Positions 11,406 to 22,903 of a DNA stretch of 64,000 nucleotides are shown in pieces. The notes below the pieces were generated by a model, which worked only from the letters and a program-made list of their open reading frames with translations, was not told where the DNA came from and did not search any database. Position numbers and translations under genes: made by a program. Each line of letters begins with the position of its first letter. The stretch's first letter is position 1. This DNA is from an uncultured Nitrososphaeraceae archaeon (GTDB lineage Archaea > Thermoproteota > Nitrososphaeria > Nitrososphaerales > Nitrososphaeraceae), in the NCBI GenBank assembly GCA_963729045.1, contig CAVSMN010000012.1, positions 288,001 to 352,000 of the forward strand. The letters run 5' to 3'.

Positions 11406-11779
11406 CAGATTCTTAAAAAAGGTTACTAGGTGGAAGATATCGTAAATAACTTGGATTGTCTAAAATTGTTTATAACGAAGAATTAGACATTCTATAATCA
11501 AATACTTTTAATCACAGTTATTAAAATTAATTTAATGATTCCTGAGGCCTAAAATATTCTGTAAAATTATAATTACTTCAAAAAGAGAAATGATGATGAA
11601 ATTTCCCCGAAATTAATCTTTCAGGATAATTCGTTAATTATTCGTACATTTATTTCTCTTATGTTTCCATGAGATTTGTTCCTAACCCAAATTTCTTGAA
11701 ATCTTCCTTCTGATTTCAAGGTAAACAGACCGGCTTTTTTAAAATTTGTAGGGTTAGTGAGTCAAATGTCTGTTAAAAT

Positions 11780-12612
11780 TTAGTCCTCAATTATGACATT
11801 ATCAGCTATAAAATATGAAACCAGTTCATCATTGTTTTCATATATTATGATTAATTTCCATGAAGGAAATCCATCATCAATATTTGGCACTGTTAAGAAA
11901 TCAGTATTCATAAATACGAAATGATCCAGGATTATCTTCGCAAAATTATTCGAATCTACATTAATTATTTTGCCGGTTCCCATGTTCTGATCAACCAGAT
12001 AAACATCCAAATTGTCATAATCCTCACCACATTTCTGGAAAATACAAATATTTCTCCTGGTTGAAGAATCAAATTATTAGGTAGTTGTAGATAATTGTAG
12101 TACTCGTCAATACTATTGGTGTCGTCATTCTCTGTTACTTGATAATCAAAATCGATGATAATTTCTTTATTATTATTTGATAAGGATTCTATGCATGGAG
12201 TTTTTTCATTAATTCCACGTGAGTTTGAACTAGTACCATCAATGGTAGTACAAGGGCTTCGTGAGGGATTACTTGTAATGTTACCTGAGGTTGAATTGGA
12301 AGTCAATTTATCAAGGATTATAGGATCGACTTGTATTTCTATTTGATTTTGGTTTAATGGAAGAATGGAAATAATGTTTTTATCATAGGTCATAAGTGGA
12401 TTGTTCACAGAAAAATTTGATTTATCTTGAGGTATATTTATCATTGGTGCGTCATCATATGCACTTAGTATACTGTTTGATTTGGATAGATTTTGACTAA
12501 AGAACGATTGAGAGTTAGATCCGACGTTTGTGAAAGTTATTAGAATCAATGGGGCATAAATCCCGGCGCCAAATAGTAATATCTTGCACATTTTTACGTT
12601 TAATATATACAC
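11780..12612 (-). CDS. Putative secreted or membrane-anchored hypothetical protein, probably one gene frameshifted near 12000
   Basis: Hydrophobic N-terminus, S/N-rich linker and two overlapping ORFs (11965..12612 and 11780..12010). Confidence 0.55.
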
Positions 12613-13127
12613 TCTTCATCCCTATTTTTCATATAGTTATTGCCAATTATTGCAAATAGCGTTAAATGACATTAAAATGAGTGGATAAGAAAGAACTCTG
12701 ATTCGATTGATATGAAACCAATATGATGGTTTATCTAACAATTATGCCAAGGTGATCATTTTAGAAGTATCCATTTATCTACTTGAGATTAACATGTTAA
12801 AGACACCTGACTTATTTTTGCATTTTGTAGAATCCGATTCACTTCATTCATCTGAGCGACAGATCAAAACGTTATATTTACTAAAATATTCAAATTTCTA
12901 ATAAAATAAATGTTGTTAGTATATCTACTCTATTAACATAATTTCTGATTTTGGATTTTCAATATAGCCACTTAGACGACAGCTTCATTTATTTTAGTAC
13001 ATAAAGCGTAGTAGTAGGTTATTATGTATTTTTCCTAAGGTTATACCATACCCGTCTCAAAATATTAATTAGATGAAATCTAAGCTTTAAATTATATTAT
13101 TGAATAGTCCAAATTACAATAGTTTAA

Positions 13128-13913
13128 TTGAGTAAATTGGAATTGAAAAATATAACTAAATCCTTTTCAGTGAATTCATCATCAGGTGAAAGGAGAAGGG
13201 TTTTAGCTGTAGATAATATAAATTTATCAATTGAAGAGGGACAATTTGTGTGTTTTGTAGGTCCCTCAGGGTGTGGTAAATCTACCCTACTTAACATTAT
13301 TGCAGGTTTAGATAAGCCATCTGAAGGAGAATTGGTTCTTAACGGACAATCGGTGCTTGGAACCGGTCCCGATCGCATTATGGTCTTTCAAGAAAATGCT
13401 TTGTTCCCCTGGTTAAGCGTTATCGACAATGTTGAATTTGGATTAAAAATGGTTGGAGTTGAAAAAGAAAAACGTAACAAAATTGCATTACATTACCTTG
13501 AAATGATGGATTTGAGCAAATTCTCCAAATCCTATACTTATCAGCTCTCGGGCGGGATGAAACAGAGGGTTGCAATTGCACGTGCTTTAGTAATGGATCC
13601 TGACATACTGCTCATGGATGAACCTTTTGCTGCACTTGACTCGCAGACTCGTGATCTTCTATTAGTTGAACTTCAATTGATATGGGCTAAAACCAGAAAG
13701 ACAATAATATTTGTAACTCATAATATATCTGAATCAATATGCCTCGGTGACAGGGTTGTGGTCTTCACAAAGAGACCGGCTCGCGTTAAGAAGGAGATTC
13801 AGATTGATTATCGGAGACCAAGGTTATCTGAAGATTCTAATTTATTTGAATATAATAGACTAGTCCTCGATGAATTAAAAAGTGAAATAACCCAACACAA
13901 AAGAACAATCTGA
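13128..13913 (+). CDS. ABC transporter ATP-binding protein, NitT/TauT (SsuB/TauB) family, with no adjacent partners
   Basis: GPSGCGKS, FQENALFPW, LSGGMKQR, LLMDEPFAALD, FVTH. Confidence 0.92.
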   Translation: MSKLELKNITKSFSVNSSSGERRRVLAVDNINLSIEEGQFVCFVGPSGCGKSTLLNIIAGLDKPSEGELVLNGQSVLGTGPDRIMVFQENALFPWLSVIDNVEFGLKMVGVEKEKRNKIALHYLEMMDLSKFSKSYTYQLSGGMKQRVAIARALVMDPDILLMDEPFAALDSQTRDLLLVELQLIWAKTRKTIIFVTHNISESICLGDRVVVFTKRPARVKKEIQIDYRRPRLSEDSNLFEYNRLVLDELKSEITQHKRTI

Positions 13914-13928
13914 TAGACTTTTGCCATA

Positions 13929-14702
13929 CTAAACTGAGTTCTTCAAAACTTTGATCCCTTCATCAAAACTATTGGGCGAGGTAATCAGAATATGATCCGT
14001 TTCTTTATAAACTTCTTTTAAGAATCCTAGGAAATTATCTTGATATTCACTCCAATCCAAACCTATCATAGTAGCTGCCCCTTCATTCTTTACCGAAGGT
14101 ACCATGATGCAAGGGATAAGCTTGATATGGTTGGGTTTCATCAGATCTTTTAAATCTCTGATCTCTTGAATTGAATTAATCGATTGTGTGATAAACCTGT
14201 GGGGTTTTGAATTTACCTTCTTCTGGAATAGTTTATGATTTGAAACCTTGTTTGGTATAGACAAATCGAGATCTATCAATTTGTCAAATCCTATGGAAGT
14301 TAAAAGCTTGACTACCTCTGTTGGATTTGAAAGTGAGGGTGTTCGTTCTGAATTTTCAAACGCAGGTTTGTCACCTTGAATAAATAAAAGTCCGCTAATT
14401 TTCAAAATTATAGCGTCTGTTGTCATTTGTATAATAGAATTCATGTTCCTATCTCTTGTCCTCACACTACAACTCATATTCAAGCTTACATTGGTTAGAT
14501 TATTCATTATCATCTGTGCTGCATGAATACTTGAAAATCTGGGGATACCAAGTACAGAATCGGTAATATGGATGTAGTTTGTGAAATTTGAAATAATTTT
14601 TGCTCTGTTAAGGAATTTAATTAATTCTTGATTTAAAAGTGCAATATCTATTCTCTGACTATTTAAAATTTTTGGAGGGTTTAACTCATAAATTAGATTC
14701 AT
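13929..14702 (-). CDS. Methylenetetrahydrofolate reductase-like (MetF-type) protein
   Basis: YELNPPK, ITDS, RTRDRN, GDKP and FITQ are consistent with the MTHFR barrel. The protein is short and divergent. Confidence 0.65.
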   Translation of the reverse strand: MNLIYELNPPKILNSQRIDIALLNQELIKFLNRAKIISNFTNYIHITDSVLGIPRFSSIHAAQMIMNNLTNVSLNMSCSVRTRDRNMNSIIQMTTDAIILKISGLLFIQGDKPAFENSERTPSLSNPTEVVKLLTSIGFDKLIDLDLSIPNKVSNHKLFQKKVNSKPHRFITQSINSIQEIRDLKDLMKPNHIKLIPCIMVPSVKNEGAATMIGLDWSEYQDNFLGFLKEVYKETDHILITSPNSFDEGIKVLKNSV

Positions 14703-14779
14703 TTTTTAGTTTAGTTAAATGAGTATGACTACAGTAAAAAAAGGTTTTTTAGATAATATTATTATCATAGCTCCTAGTT

Positions 14780-15370
14780 TTGATTTCTGAAAAAGAATTC
14801 ATCGAACTTGTCACGGAGAAAAGCGACTCCTTAGAAAATTTTAAAAATATTGATTTGAGAGCAGGAGGTGAATTCAACACGGAACAATCTAGCGTGCTTG
14901 TTATAATTCATTTTAATCATGAATTTACTCCAACCATCATATTCACAAAACGAAGTTCAAATCTAAGGAATCACGCAGGGGAAATTTCCTTCCCAGGAGG
15001 TAGAGTTTCTGACCAAGATCGTTCTATTATGGAGACGGCAATAAGAGAGACCTATGAAGAAATAGGCCTCTCAATTCAAAAAGAAAAAATCATTGGATCT
15101 CTCGCTCCCACAAATACCTATACAACTAAAATACTTATCTACCCCTTTATTGTGATACTTGGAAAAATATCATTTCCCTTTGAGCCTAATGAAGAAGTAG
15201 AACAAGTGATTGAAATACCCCTTGAAATTTTGCGCGATCGCATATCTATCGATGAGGACCACTCAAGCAGCGATAATAAGATGTTTAAATTTAATGTGGA
15301 TGGCTATTTAATCTGGGGGGCTACCGCTAGAATATTAAAAAATTTATTAGACTTGATATATCCTATATAG
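14780..15370 (+). CDS. CoA pyrophosphatase (Nudix, NudL/PCD1-like)
   Basis: TKRS..LRNHAGEISFPGG, Nudix box AIRETYEEIG, IWGATA. Confidence 0.9.
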   Translation: MISEKEFIELVTEKSDSLENFKNIDLRAGGEFNTEQSSVLVIIHFNHEFTPTIIFTKRSSNLRNHAGEISFPGGRVSDQDRSIMETAIRETYEEIGLSIQKEKIIGSLAPTNTYTTKILIYPFIVILGKISFPFEPNEEVEQVIEIPLEILRDRISIDEDHSSSDNKMFKFNVDGYLIWGATARILKNLLDLIYPI

Positions 15371-15393
15371 GAAATTTTTATAGGTTCTTGGTC

Positions 15394-16434
15394 TTAGTCA
15401 TATCCAATGTCCGTTAATAGACTAATGAACTTATTACTAAATTCTTTTGTTGACAACTTGCCGCCTATATCTATTGTTTTGATATTCTTGATGAACAAAT
15501 CATCAACTGCTTTCTCTATTTTGATTGACTGAACTATCAAATTACTATCTTGGTATTTCTCACCTAACCAGTCAAACATCATCTTGAGTGCAAGAATAAA
15601 TGATGTAGGGTTAGCCACATTCTTGCCTGCGATATCAAAAGCAGCACCATGCACCGGTTCAAACATTCCAAAGTCTTTTCCAATATTTGCAGCAGGAGCT
15701 AATCCAATGCTTCCTGTAATTTGCGCAGCTTCATCTGATATAATATCGCCAAATAAATTGGTGGTTAAAATAGTGTCAAATCGATTTGGATTCCTTATTA
15801 ATTCCATGGCACACGCATCAACGTACATTTGTTCAAATTCAATATTGGGATATCCTTTGGCCACCTCTTTTGAAGTATCTATAAAAAGTCTATCACTTAG
15901 TCTTAGCACATTTGATTTGTGAACAATCGTTACCTTCTTTCCTTCCCTTGAATTTGCTATTTTGAACGCATGCTCCGCAATAAGTCTGGATGCTTCCCTA
16001 CTAATCTTCCTTAGGGATATGACCGTATCGTCGTCCGAATAAAATTCCCAACCCAGGTATAAATCCTCCGTGTTCTCCCTGACGGTAATTAGGTCAACAT
16101 TGCTTGAGATAGATGGGATATTTGGGTAGTTTTTGGATGGTCTTACATTAGCATATAATTCAAAATATCTCCTCAATACTAGGACAACGTCCGCAGCCGA
16201 TTCTCCAACTGGAGATTTTAGACAAGCTTGAGAGTTTTTAATCTTTTCAAAGGTTTCATCTGGAAGGGGTTTGTTATACTTTAATTTGGCATTATCGCCA
16301 GCTTCTACTCTTGAAATATTGAACTTTAGGGTTGATGATTTGTCATGTATATTCATTAAAATGCTGTATACACATTCTGACAATTCAGGACCAATACCGT
16401 CACCCTCAAGAAGGGATATATCATATGTAGTCAT
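15394..16434 (-). CDS. leuB: 3-isopropylmalate dehydrogenase (isocitrate/isopropylmalate dehydrogenase family)
   Basis: EGDGIGPE, YANVRP, RENTEDLY, HKSNV, NLFGDIISD, EPVHGAAFDIAG. It lies downstream of leuA in an ilv/leu cluster. Confidence 0.85.
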   Translation of the reverse strand: MTTYDISLLEGDGIGPELSECVYSILMNIHDKSSTLKFNISRVEAGDNAKLKYNKPLPDETFEKIKNSQACLKSPVGESAADVVLVLRRYFELYANVRPSKNYPNIPSISSNVDLITVRENTEDLYLGWEFYSDDDTVISLRKISREASRLIAEHAFKIANSREGKKVTIVHKSNVLRLSDRLFIDTSKEVAKGYPNIEFEQMYVDACAMELIRNPNRFDTILTTNLFGDIISDEAAQITGSIGLAPAANIGKDFGMFEPVHGAAFDIAGKNVANPTSFILALKMMFDWLGEKYQDSNLIVQSIKIEKAVDDLFIKNIKTIDIGGKLSTKEFSNKFISLLTDIGYD

Positions 16435-16463
16435 TCATAAGTCTCTCATGATCAAGGATGTAG

Positions 16464-17994
16464 TTACTTGGTAGGCTCTCCACTTTGAATCATCTTTTTT
16501 AACATTGTTTTATTTATGGCATCAATCATCGCCTGAACAGAAGCCACGACAATATCTTCTCCAGATTTCCTAGCAGAAATAATGTTACCTTCTTTATCTT
16601 CTACTTTTACGGATACTTCAGCCAATGCATCCGAGCCTCCCGTAATTGAATCAAGCTTATATTCTCTTATTTTGATATTTGCAATACCATGAGCAATAGT
16701 TTGTATAGCCTTTAATGCTGAATCTACTGGTCCGACACCAGTCTCTGAGGCGATAAAATCTTTGCCATGAATATTAAGTTTAACCACTGCGGTTGGAATG
16801 ATATGCAGTCCAGTGACTATATGAAAATCATTAAGTTTAAAATTTTCATCGAATTTCTTGTTCTTTAAGTACTTCAGATGCTATAGATAACAAATCAGAA
16901 GTAGTTATAGATTTTCCACCATCTGCTATCGATTTCTGTTTTTCTACAATTTCTTTGAGCTGCAAATCCGAAGCCGTAATTCCAAACTCATCGAGGATTG
17001 CTTTGATACCATGTGCACCAGCATGTTTACCGGCTTGCATCCACCTTTTTCTACCGACTAATTCAGGGCTAATGGGTTCGTATGTCAATGGATTATTGAT
17101 AATTCCATGTGTATGTATGCCTGATTCATGTCCAAACGCATTCTCCCCTATTATGGCCTTATTCGGTTGTACAATAATTCCCATTGCACTAGAAACAAAC
17201 TTTGAAACATCATACAATTGTTCGGTTTTGATATTATGAGGTATTTGATAGAGACACTGACATGCCATGACTAATTCTTCTAATGCCGCATTCCCTGCTC
17301 TCTCGCCTAGTCCGTTTATGGTTACATGCGCACAGGCCGCACCTGCTTGAAATCCGGCTATTGAATTTGCAACAGCCAATCCAAAATCATTATGACAATG
17401 GACACTTACAGGTAATCCGGTTACCTCTGCAACTCCTGATACCAATTTTGATATGTACTGTGGTGTTGAATAGCCTACGGTGTCAGGAATGTCGATCCTA
17501 TCGGCGCCAGCTTCTGCAACTGATTTAAATATCTTATTTAAAAATTGAATCTCAGATCTAGTAGCATCTTCGGCGGAAAATTCTACAACTAATCCATGTT
17601 TTTTTGCATATTCTACTGCGTAAATAGCCTTTTCCAACACTTGTTCCCTTGTCATCTTTAGTTTATACTGTAAATGTATATCAGATGTTGCAATGAATGT
17701 GTGAATATATTTTAAATCACTTTTGAGTGCGACATCAATATCATTTTGAGTGGTACGCGCCAAGCCACAGACCTCTGCGTTCAATCCTTGCTTAATTATT
17801 TTTTTTATGGCTTCCACTTCTCCTGGTGAGACTACTGGAAATCCCGCTTCAATTGTGTCTACACCCAACTCATCCAACTTCATTGCTATTTCTAATTTTT
17901 GATCCGGAGAAACTGTTACTCCTGGGGTCTGCTCACCGTCCCTTAAGGTAGTATCAAAAATTCTGATTTTCTTTTTGTTCTCAGAGGTGGTCAT
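16464..17994 (-). CDS. leuA: 2-isopropylmalate synthase (LeuA/CimA family), frameshifted near 16865
   Basis: DTTLRDGEQ, HCHNDFG, NGLGERAGN, HESGIH. The regulatory domain (GVGPVDS, GGSDA) is in the second ORF. Confidence 0.88.
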
Positions 17995-18520
17995 TTACAG
18001 CTCCCCTAGGCAAAGCAGAAACACCTGTTCTGGCTACTTGGATTATACCATAACTTGAAACAAGATTTTTAAATGCATCAATCTTGTCTGGAGTCCCGAT
18101 TATTTCCACAGTAATAGTTTCGTTACTAATGTCCATTATGTTACCCCTATATATGGAAGCAAAATTTGCAATTTCTATCCTGGTGGTGGGATCTTTGGCG
18201 TTCATCTTGATCAGTGCCAATTCTCTGTATACGGCGTTCTCCTTGTTTAGTACATTGATTTGGATTACATCAATCAATTTTTGTAATTGCTTTACTAATT
18301 GCTCTAGTGTTTTAACATCCGATACCGTGGTAATAGTCATCCTTGATAAGTCAGGTTTTTCAGTTATTCCTACAGTAATACTTTCGATATTGAAGTTCCT
18401 GGACCTAAATAGATTGGTAATTCTAAAAAGGACTCCCGGTTTATTTTCGACAATGACTGACAGAATATACATCTTGTTTTCATTATCATCATCAAAAATT
18501 GTGTTCTTATTTTTTTGCAT
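17981..18520 (-). CDS. ilvN: Acetolactate synthase small (regulatory) subunit
   Basis: VENKPGVLFRITNLFRSRNFNIESI ACT domain, RELALIK, RTG. Confidence 0.95.
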   Translation of the reverse strand: MQKNKNTIFDDDNENKMYILSVIVENKPGVLFRITNLFRSRNFNIESITVGITEKPDLSRMTITTVSDVKTLEQLVKQLQKLIDVIQINVLNKENAVYRELALIKMNAKDPTTRIEIANFASIYRGNIMDISNETITVEIIGTPDKIDAFKNLVSSYGIIQVARTGVSALPRGAVNDHL

Positions 18521-18526
18521 ACCTTA

Positions 18527-20218
18527 TCATGCTCCAATAATCATATCTTTAAGCCCAGTTCCTGGAGCCACAAACGGGTATACATCCTCATCCGGATCTA
18601 TTGGAATATCGATCACAGTTGCAATGTCCGATTTAACGGCAACTTTGAGTGCCTTATCTAATTCATCCATTGAACCCACCTTATATGCTTGCGCACCATA
18701 TGATTCTGCCAATTTGCAATAGTCAGGACAATTCTTTTGATGCACTCCACTATATCTCCTATTATAAAAAGTTCTCTGCCACTGTGCAACCATGCCTAAC
18801 ATTTGATTATTAAGTAAGAATACAATGACTGGCAATTCTTCTAAGACTGAAACTGCAAGTGAATTTTCAGTCATACTAAATGATCCATCCCCTGCAATAT
18901 CCACTACGGGTACATCGTTTCTCGCTGCCTTCGCCCCGATAGAGGCGGGAAATCCAAATCCCATTGTCCCCAATCCTGTCGAGCTGAAAAATGTCCCAGG
19001 AGAGATGACGTCAAAGTGCAATGATGCCCACATTTGGCATTGTCCAACCTCAGTGGTTACGATTCCATCTGCAGGCAAGATATCGCGTAACTTCTTTAAT
19101 GCTTTCTTGGCTGTAATATCTCGAGGATAATCTTTGATACTATCCTCATAATAATTAACTAATTCCCTTTTCCTCCCCAACCATAATTTGGAAATTTCTT
19201 CGTTAGTCCTGAAATTCTTTGGGATTAGCTTTATGAGACTCCTTAATGATGATTTAACATCTCCAATTACCGCAGCATTCACTGATTTGTTCTTACCAAT
19301 TTCAGCCGGATCTACATCAAAATGAATAACGTTGATATCTTTGCCAAATTCATCAAATCTCCCCACAGTCCTGTCAGAAAATCTAGCCCCTATCGCAAGT
19401 ATGCAATCTGCTTCTTGTACCATCTTATTAGCTTCGGCATGTCCATGCATACCTATAGGACCAAGTGCCAAAGGGTGATTCTCGGGAAATGCTCCCTTCC
19501 CCTTGAAAGTAGTTACCACGGGTATTGAGAGTAACTCTGCTAATGTCTGCAATTCAGAGAACGCTCCAGAAAGAATTACTCCTCCGCCAGCCATTATCAT
19601 TGGCTTTTCAGCCTTAAGTATCATTTCACAGGCCTTGTTTATCTCTGATAAATCTGCATCAACTATGGGATTATACCCTCTAACTTTGATATATTCAGGA
19701 AAGTCCATCTTCGTTACCTGTTGCTGTACATCTTTTGGTATGTCTATTAATACTGGACCCGGTCTACCACTCTCTGCTATATAAAATGATTTTTTAACCA
19801 TTTCAGGTATCTCATTTGCAACTCTTGGCTGAAATGCGTATTTAGTTACTGGGTTAGTAACGCCTATAATGTCTGTCTCCTGGAACGCATCTTTGCCGAT
19901 CATAGGTAAAGCAACTTGACCAGTCACTGCTATAATCGGCGATGAATCCGCATATGCCGTAGCTATACCAGTAACAAGATTAGTGGCACCGGGACCTGAA
20001 GTTGCGAAACACACACCCGCTTTCCTCTTAATCCGAGCATAACCATCAGCCATATGTGCAGCAGATTGCTCATGTCGGACCAAAATATGTCTTATTTTAG
20101 AATCTACCAAAGCATCGTATATTGGCAGATTTGCTCCACCAGGAAGGCCAAATATATAATCTACCTTTTCTTTTTCTAACGCTGCCATTAAGGCTGCGGC
20201 ACCAGACATTTCACTCAC
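18527..20218 (-). CDS. ilvB: Acetolactate synthase large subunit
   Basis: FGLPGGA, RHEQ, TSGPGATN, FQE, GRPGPV, and the ThDP motif GDGSF...NN. Confidence 0.96.
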   Translation of the reverse strand: MSEMSGAAALMAALEKEKVDYIFGLPGGANLPIYDALVDSKIRHILVRHEQSAAHMADGYARIKRKAGVCFATSGPGATNLVTGIATAYADSSPIIAVTGQVALPMIGKDAFQETDIIGVTNPVTKYAFQPRVANEIPEMVKKSFYIAESGRPGPVLIDIPKDVQQQVTKMDFPEYIKVRGYNPIVDADLSEINKACEMILKAEKPMIMAGGGVILSGAFSELQTLAELLSIPVVTTFKGKGAFPENHPLALGPIGMHGHAEANKMVQEADCILAIGARFSDRTVGRFDEFGKDINVIHFDVDPAEIGKNKSVNAAVIGDVKSSLRSLIKLIPKNFRTNEEISKLWLGRKRELVNYYEDSIKDYPRDITAKKALKKLRDILPADGIVTTEVGQCQMWASLHFDVISPGTFFSSTGLGTMGFGFPASIGAKAARNDVPVVDIAGDGSFSMTENSLAVSVLEELPVIVFLLNNQMLGMVAQWQRTFYNRRYSGVHQKNCPDYCKLAESYGAQAYKVGSMDELDKALKVAVKSDIATVIDIPIDPDEDVYPFVAPGTGLKDMIIGA

Positions 20219-20414
20219 GATTGATACAACTCCTATTAATCAAATCTAAAATTATAATAGTAAAAAACCTTTAACATGCAATATTTTTCTATTTGCTATA
20301 TCACAATTCATTGTTTTAATTAATCCCATTCATTATTTATAAACAAAGTTAATTTATAAATTTTGTTAGGTATCAAAGGACCTATACTTGATTAATACCC
20401 GTGGATTTAATAGA

Positions 20415-21246
20415 CTAAATCGACACTGTTTTATTCCTTGATTTTTTTCTAATTTCTTCTGTCATGGGGGATATGTTGCTATACTGATCATATGCTTCTT
20501 TTACTGTAGAATTTTCATGCACAATAGCTCTAACTGCCTTTATCATTGCAACCGGATTATCCGATTGCCAAATGTTTCTACCCATATCAACCCCAGAAGC
20601 TCCATCTCTGAGTGCATCAAAGGTCAATTGGAGTGCCTCCCTTTCTGCCAACTTTTTGCCTCCTGCAATAATTACTGGGACAGGACACCCCTCAACCACT
20701 TTATCAAAATCGGGACAATGATAAGTTTTTACAATATGAGCACCAAGTTCAGCTGCGATCCGACATGCCAAAGCCTAAATAACGGGAATCTCTTGCCATT
20801 TCTTTACCTACTGCAGTGACTGCCAAAACCGGTATACCATATTTTTCACCCTCATTAACCAATTTTGAAAGATTTTTTAAAGTTTGAAATTCATATTTAC
20901 TCCCTACAAATATAGATAATGCAAGACATGATGCATTTAGTTTAATAGCCTCTTCTATAGAGGTAACTATAGTTTCTTTTGACAGATCCTCTCCAATTAT
21001 ACTGGAACCACCTGATACCCTCAATACAATCGGAGTGTTACTTTCAGGAATTACAGATGTTCTCAAAACACCACGAGTAAGCATTAAAGAATCTGCATAA
21101 TTTAATAATGGACCAACGGTTTCTCTAGGATTTTCTAGTCTCTCGGTGGGACCTAAAAAATAGCCATGATCTACTGCCAACATCACACAACGACTGTTGT
21201 CGGGCTTTATTATTTTAGAAAGTCTGTTTTTCATTCCCCAATCCAT
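20415..21246 (-). CDS. lsrF: LsrF/DhnA-family class I aldolase-thiolase, frameshifted near 20770
   Basis: [52 protein letters not shown]. Confidence 0.85.
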
Positions 21247-21297
21247 TTTGAATACTGGTTGTAGTTTATTGAAATGCTATAAAAATATTGATAAAGA

Positions 21298-22337
21298 TTA
21301 TTCCATGGTAATTATGATCTTCATCGAGTCTATAGCTTGGTGAGCATGCACTAATGCTTTGTGAGAATCCTGTAATGGAAATCTGTGAGTAATCAATGGT
21401 TCAAAATTCATAATCTTGGCTTCCATTAGAGCGATGGTTTGATGAATTTCCCTTTCAGATGCAGCATAGCTTGGTAATATTTTTAATTCCTTGGAATAAA
21501 TCATATTCAGGTCTATATTAACTTCCGTGTCTTTCGGCGGTACACCAAAAAGAGAAATTGTTCCCCCTTTACGTGTTATGCTTAAGGATTGAATGAATGC
21601 GCTAACATTGCTTGTGGAAATAATTGAAACATCTGACCCATTTTTACCAAGAAATTTTAATGATTTCTTTTTGAATTCAGCTTCATGCATATTAGCCATA
21701 TTTATGACTTCAACCTGTTGGTCAATTTTCTTAGCAAATTCTAGCCGAAAACTATTAACATCGACAAGTAATATCTTCGAAGCACCAAAAAACCTTGCCA
21801 AAATCATATGCATCAAACCAGTTGGTCCGGCTCCAAATATTACAATAGTATCGGCTTTCTGTAAGTTTACTTTATTTAAAGATCGCAAACAGCATGCAAT
21901 TGGTTCAATCAACGCAGCCTCAGAAAAATTAATGTTGTCAGGAAGTCTAATAGTCCACCTTTAGAGAGATTCCAATGTGGTACAAGAATGAACTCAGAGA
22001 GCCCACATGGATCAATATTACTTTTTTGGTATTTTTCACACATTGTGAAATCATCGTTATAGCAAAAATGGCATGAATAACATGGTACATGATGGTGAAC
22101 AAAAACCCTGTCGCCTTTTTTAAAATCTTTAATATTCGCTCCTAATTTAACAATTTCACCTGCAGGTTCGTGTCCAATTCTTGAAGATTTCATCCCATAT
22201 TTTCCAAAAACCTTTTCCAAGTCAGATCCACAGATTCCACAAGCCTTCATACGCACCAGAACTTCATTATTACCAACCTTAGGTAAATCAAAATCTTTCA
22301 CTTCTACCTTGTTTTTAACAAGCACTGCCGCCTTCAT
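21298..22337 (-). CDS. Zinc-dependent alcohol/polyol dehydrogenase (MDR family), frameshifted near 21945
   Basis: CGICGSD, GHE, structural Zn C..C..C.......C, EPIACC, GAGPTG. The start MKAAV is at 22337. Confidence 0.9.
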
Positions 22338-22643
22338 ACAATATTCATGACTGGGAATGTTCAATAAAATTTTATTATTTTGAATATTTTTTTGGCTTCT
22401 TTTGAAATATTTTTTTACACCCTTCACAGCAAAAATATATTTTTTTATCGTTATAATCAAGGATCGTTGCTAAATCTTCACTTAGTTCAATTCCGCATAC
22501 AGGGTCTACTTGCACAGTTAAAAAAAAAATACCTAGGTATTTATTATTTCCTAACCGATCATCTCTATATCCATATTTCTCATTTATTTTATCATTAAGT
22601 CAACGTTAGTTAACCACATCTAAATTTATAAGCTCAAAATTTA

Positions 22644-22823
22644 ATGAAATTGATGTCTTGTCCGATTATTGAGATATTTTGCTATCAGTGTGGAAGCAAA
22701 ATAAAGCATATGATAAACGTAAAACCCATCAAGGATATTTTAAGAAATACAATGAATAGATGCTCAACTTGTGGAATAGAACTTAACCCAACAGATTTCA
22801 CAATCGAATTAGAAAAACAATAA
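22644..22823 (+). CDS. Small zinc-ribbon protein (56-59 aa), absent from the ORF track
   Basis: Hand translation: (MKL)MSCPIIEIFCYQCGSKIKHMINVKPIKDILRNTMNRCSTCGIELNPTDFTIELEKQ*, with two CxxCG knuckles. Confidence 0.75.
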   Translation: MKLMSCPIIEIFCYQCGSKIKHMINVKPIKDILRNTMNRCSTCGIELNPTDFTIELEKQ

Positions 22824-22903
22824 ATTAATCTGTCTGTTACTTAGAATTAATTATTGATAAAATATAGATAATTTTAAATTCGTAGCTAAATTCTACCTAG
22901 GAT

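Noticed and set aside
18084..18722. Long antisense ORFs (e.g. 18084..18722, 5667..6104, 7198..7623, 44424..44744)
   Set aside because: They are shadow ORFs opposite well-supported genes and have no motifs of their own.
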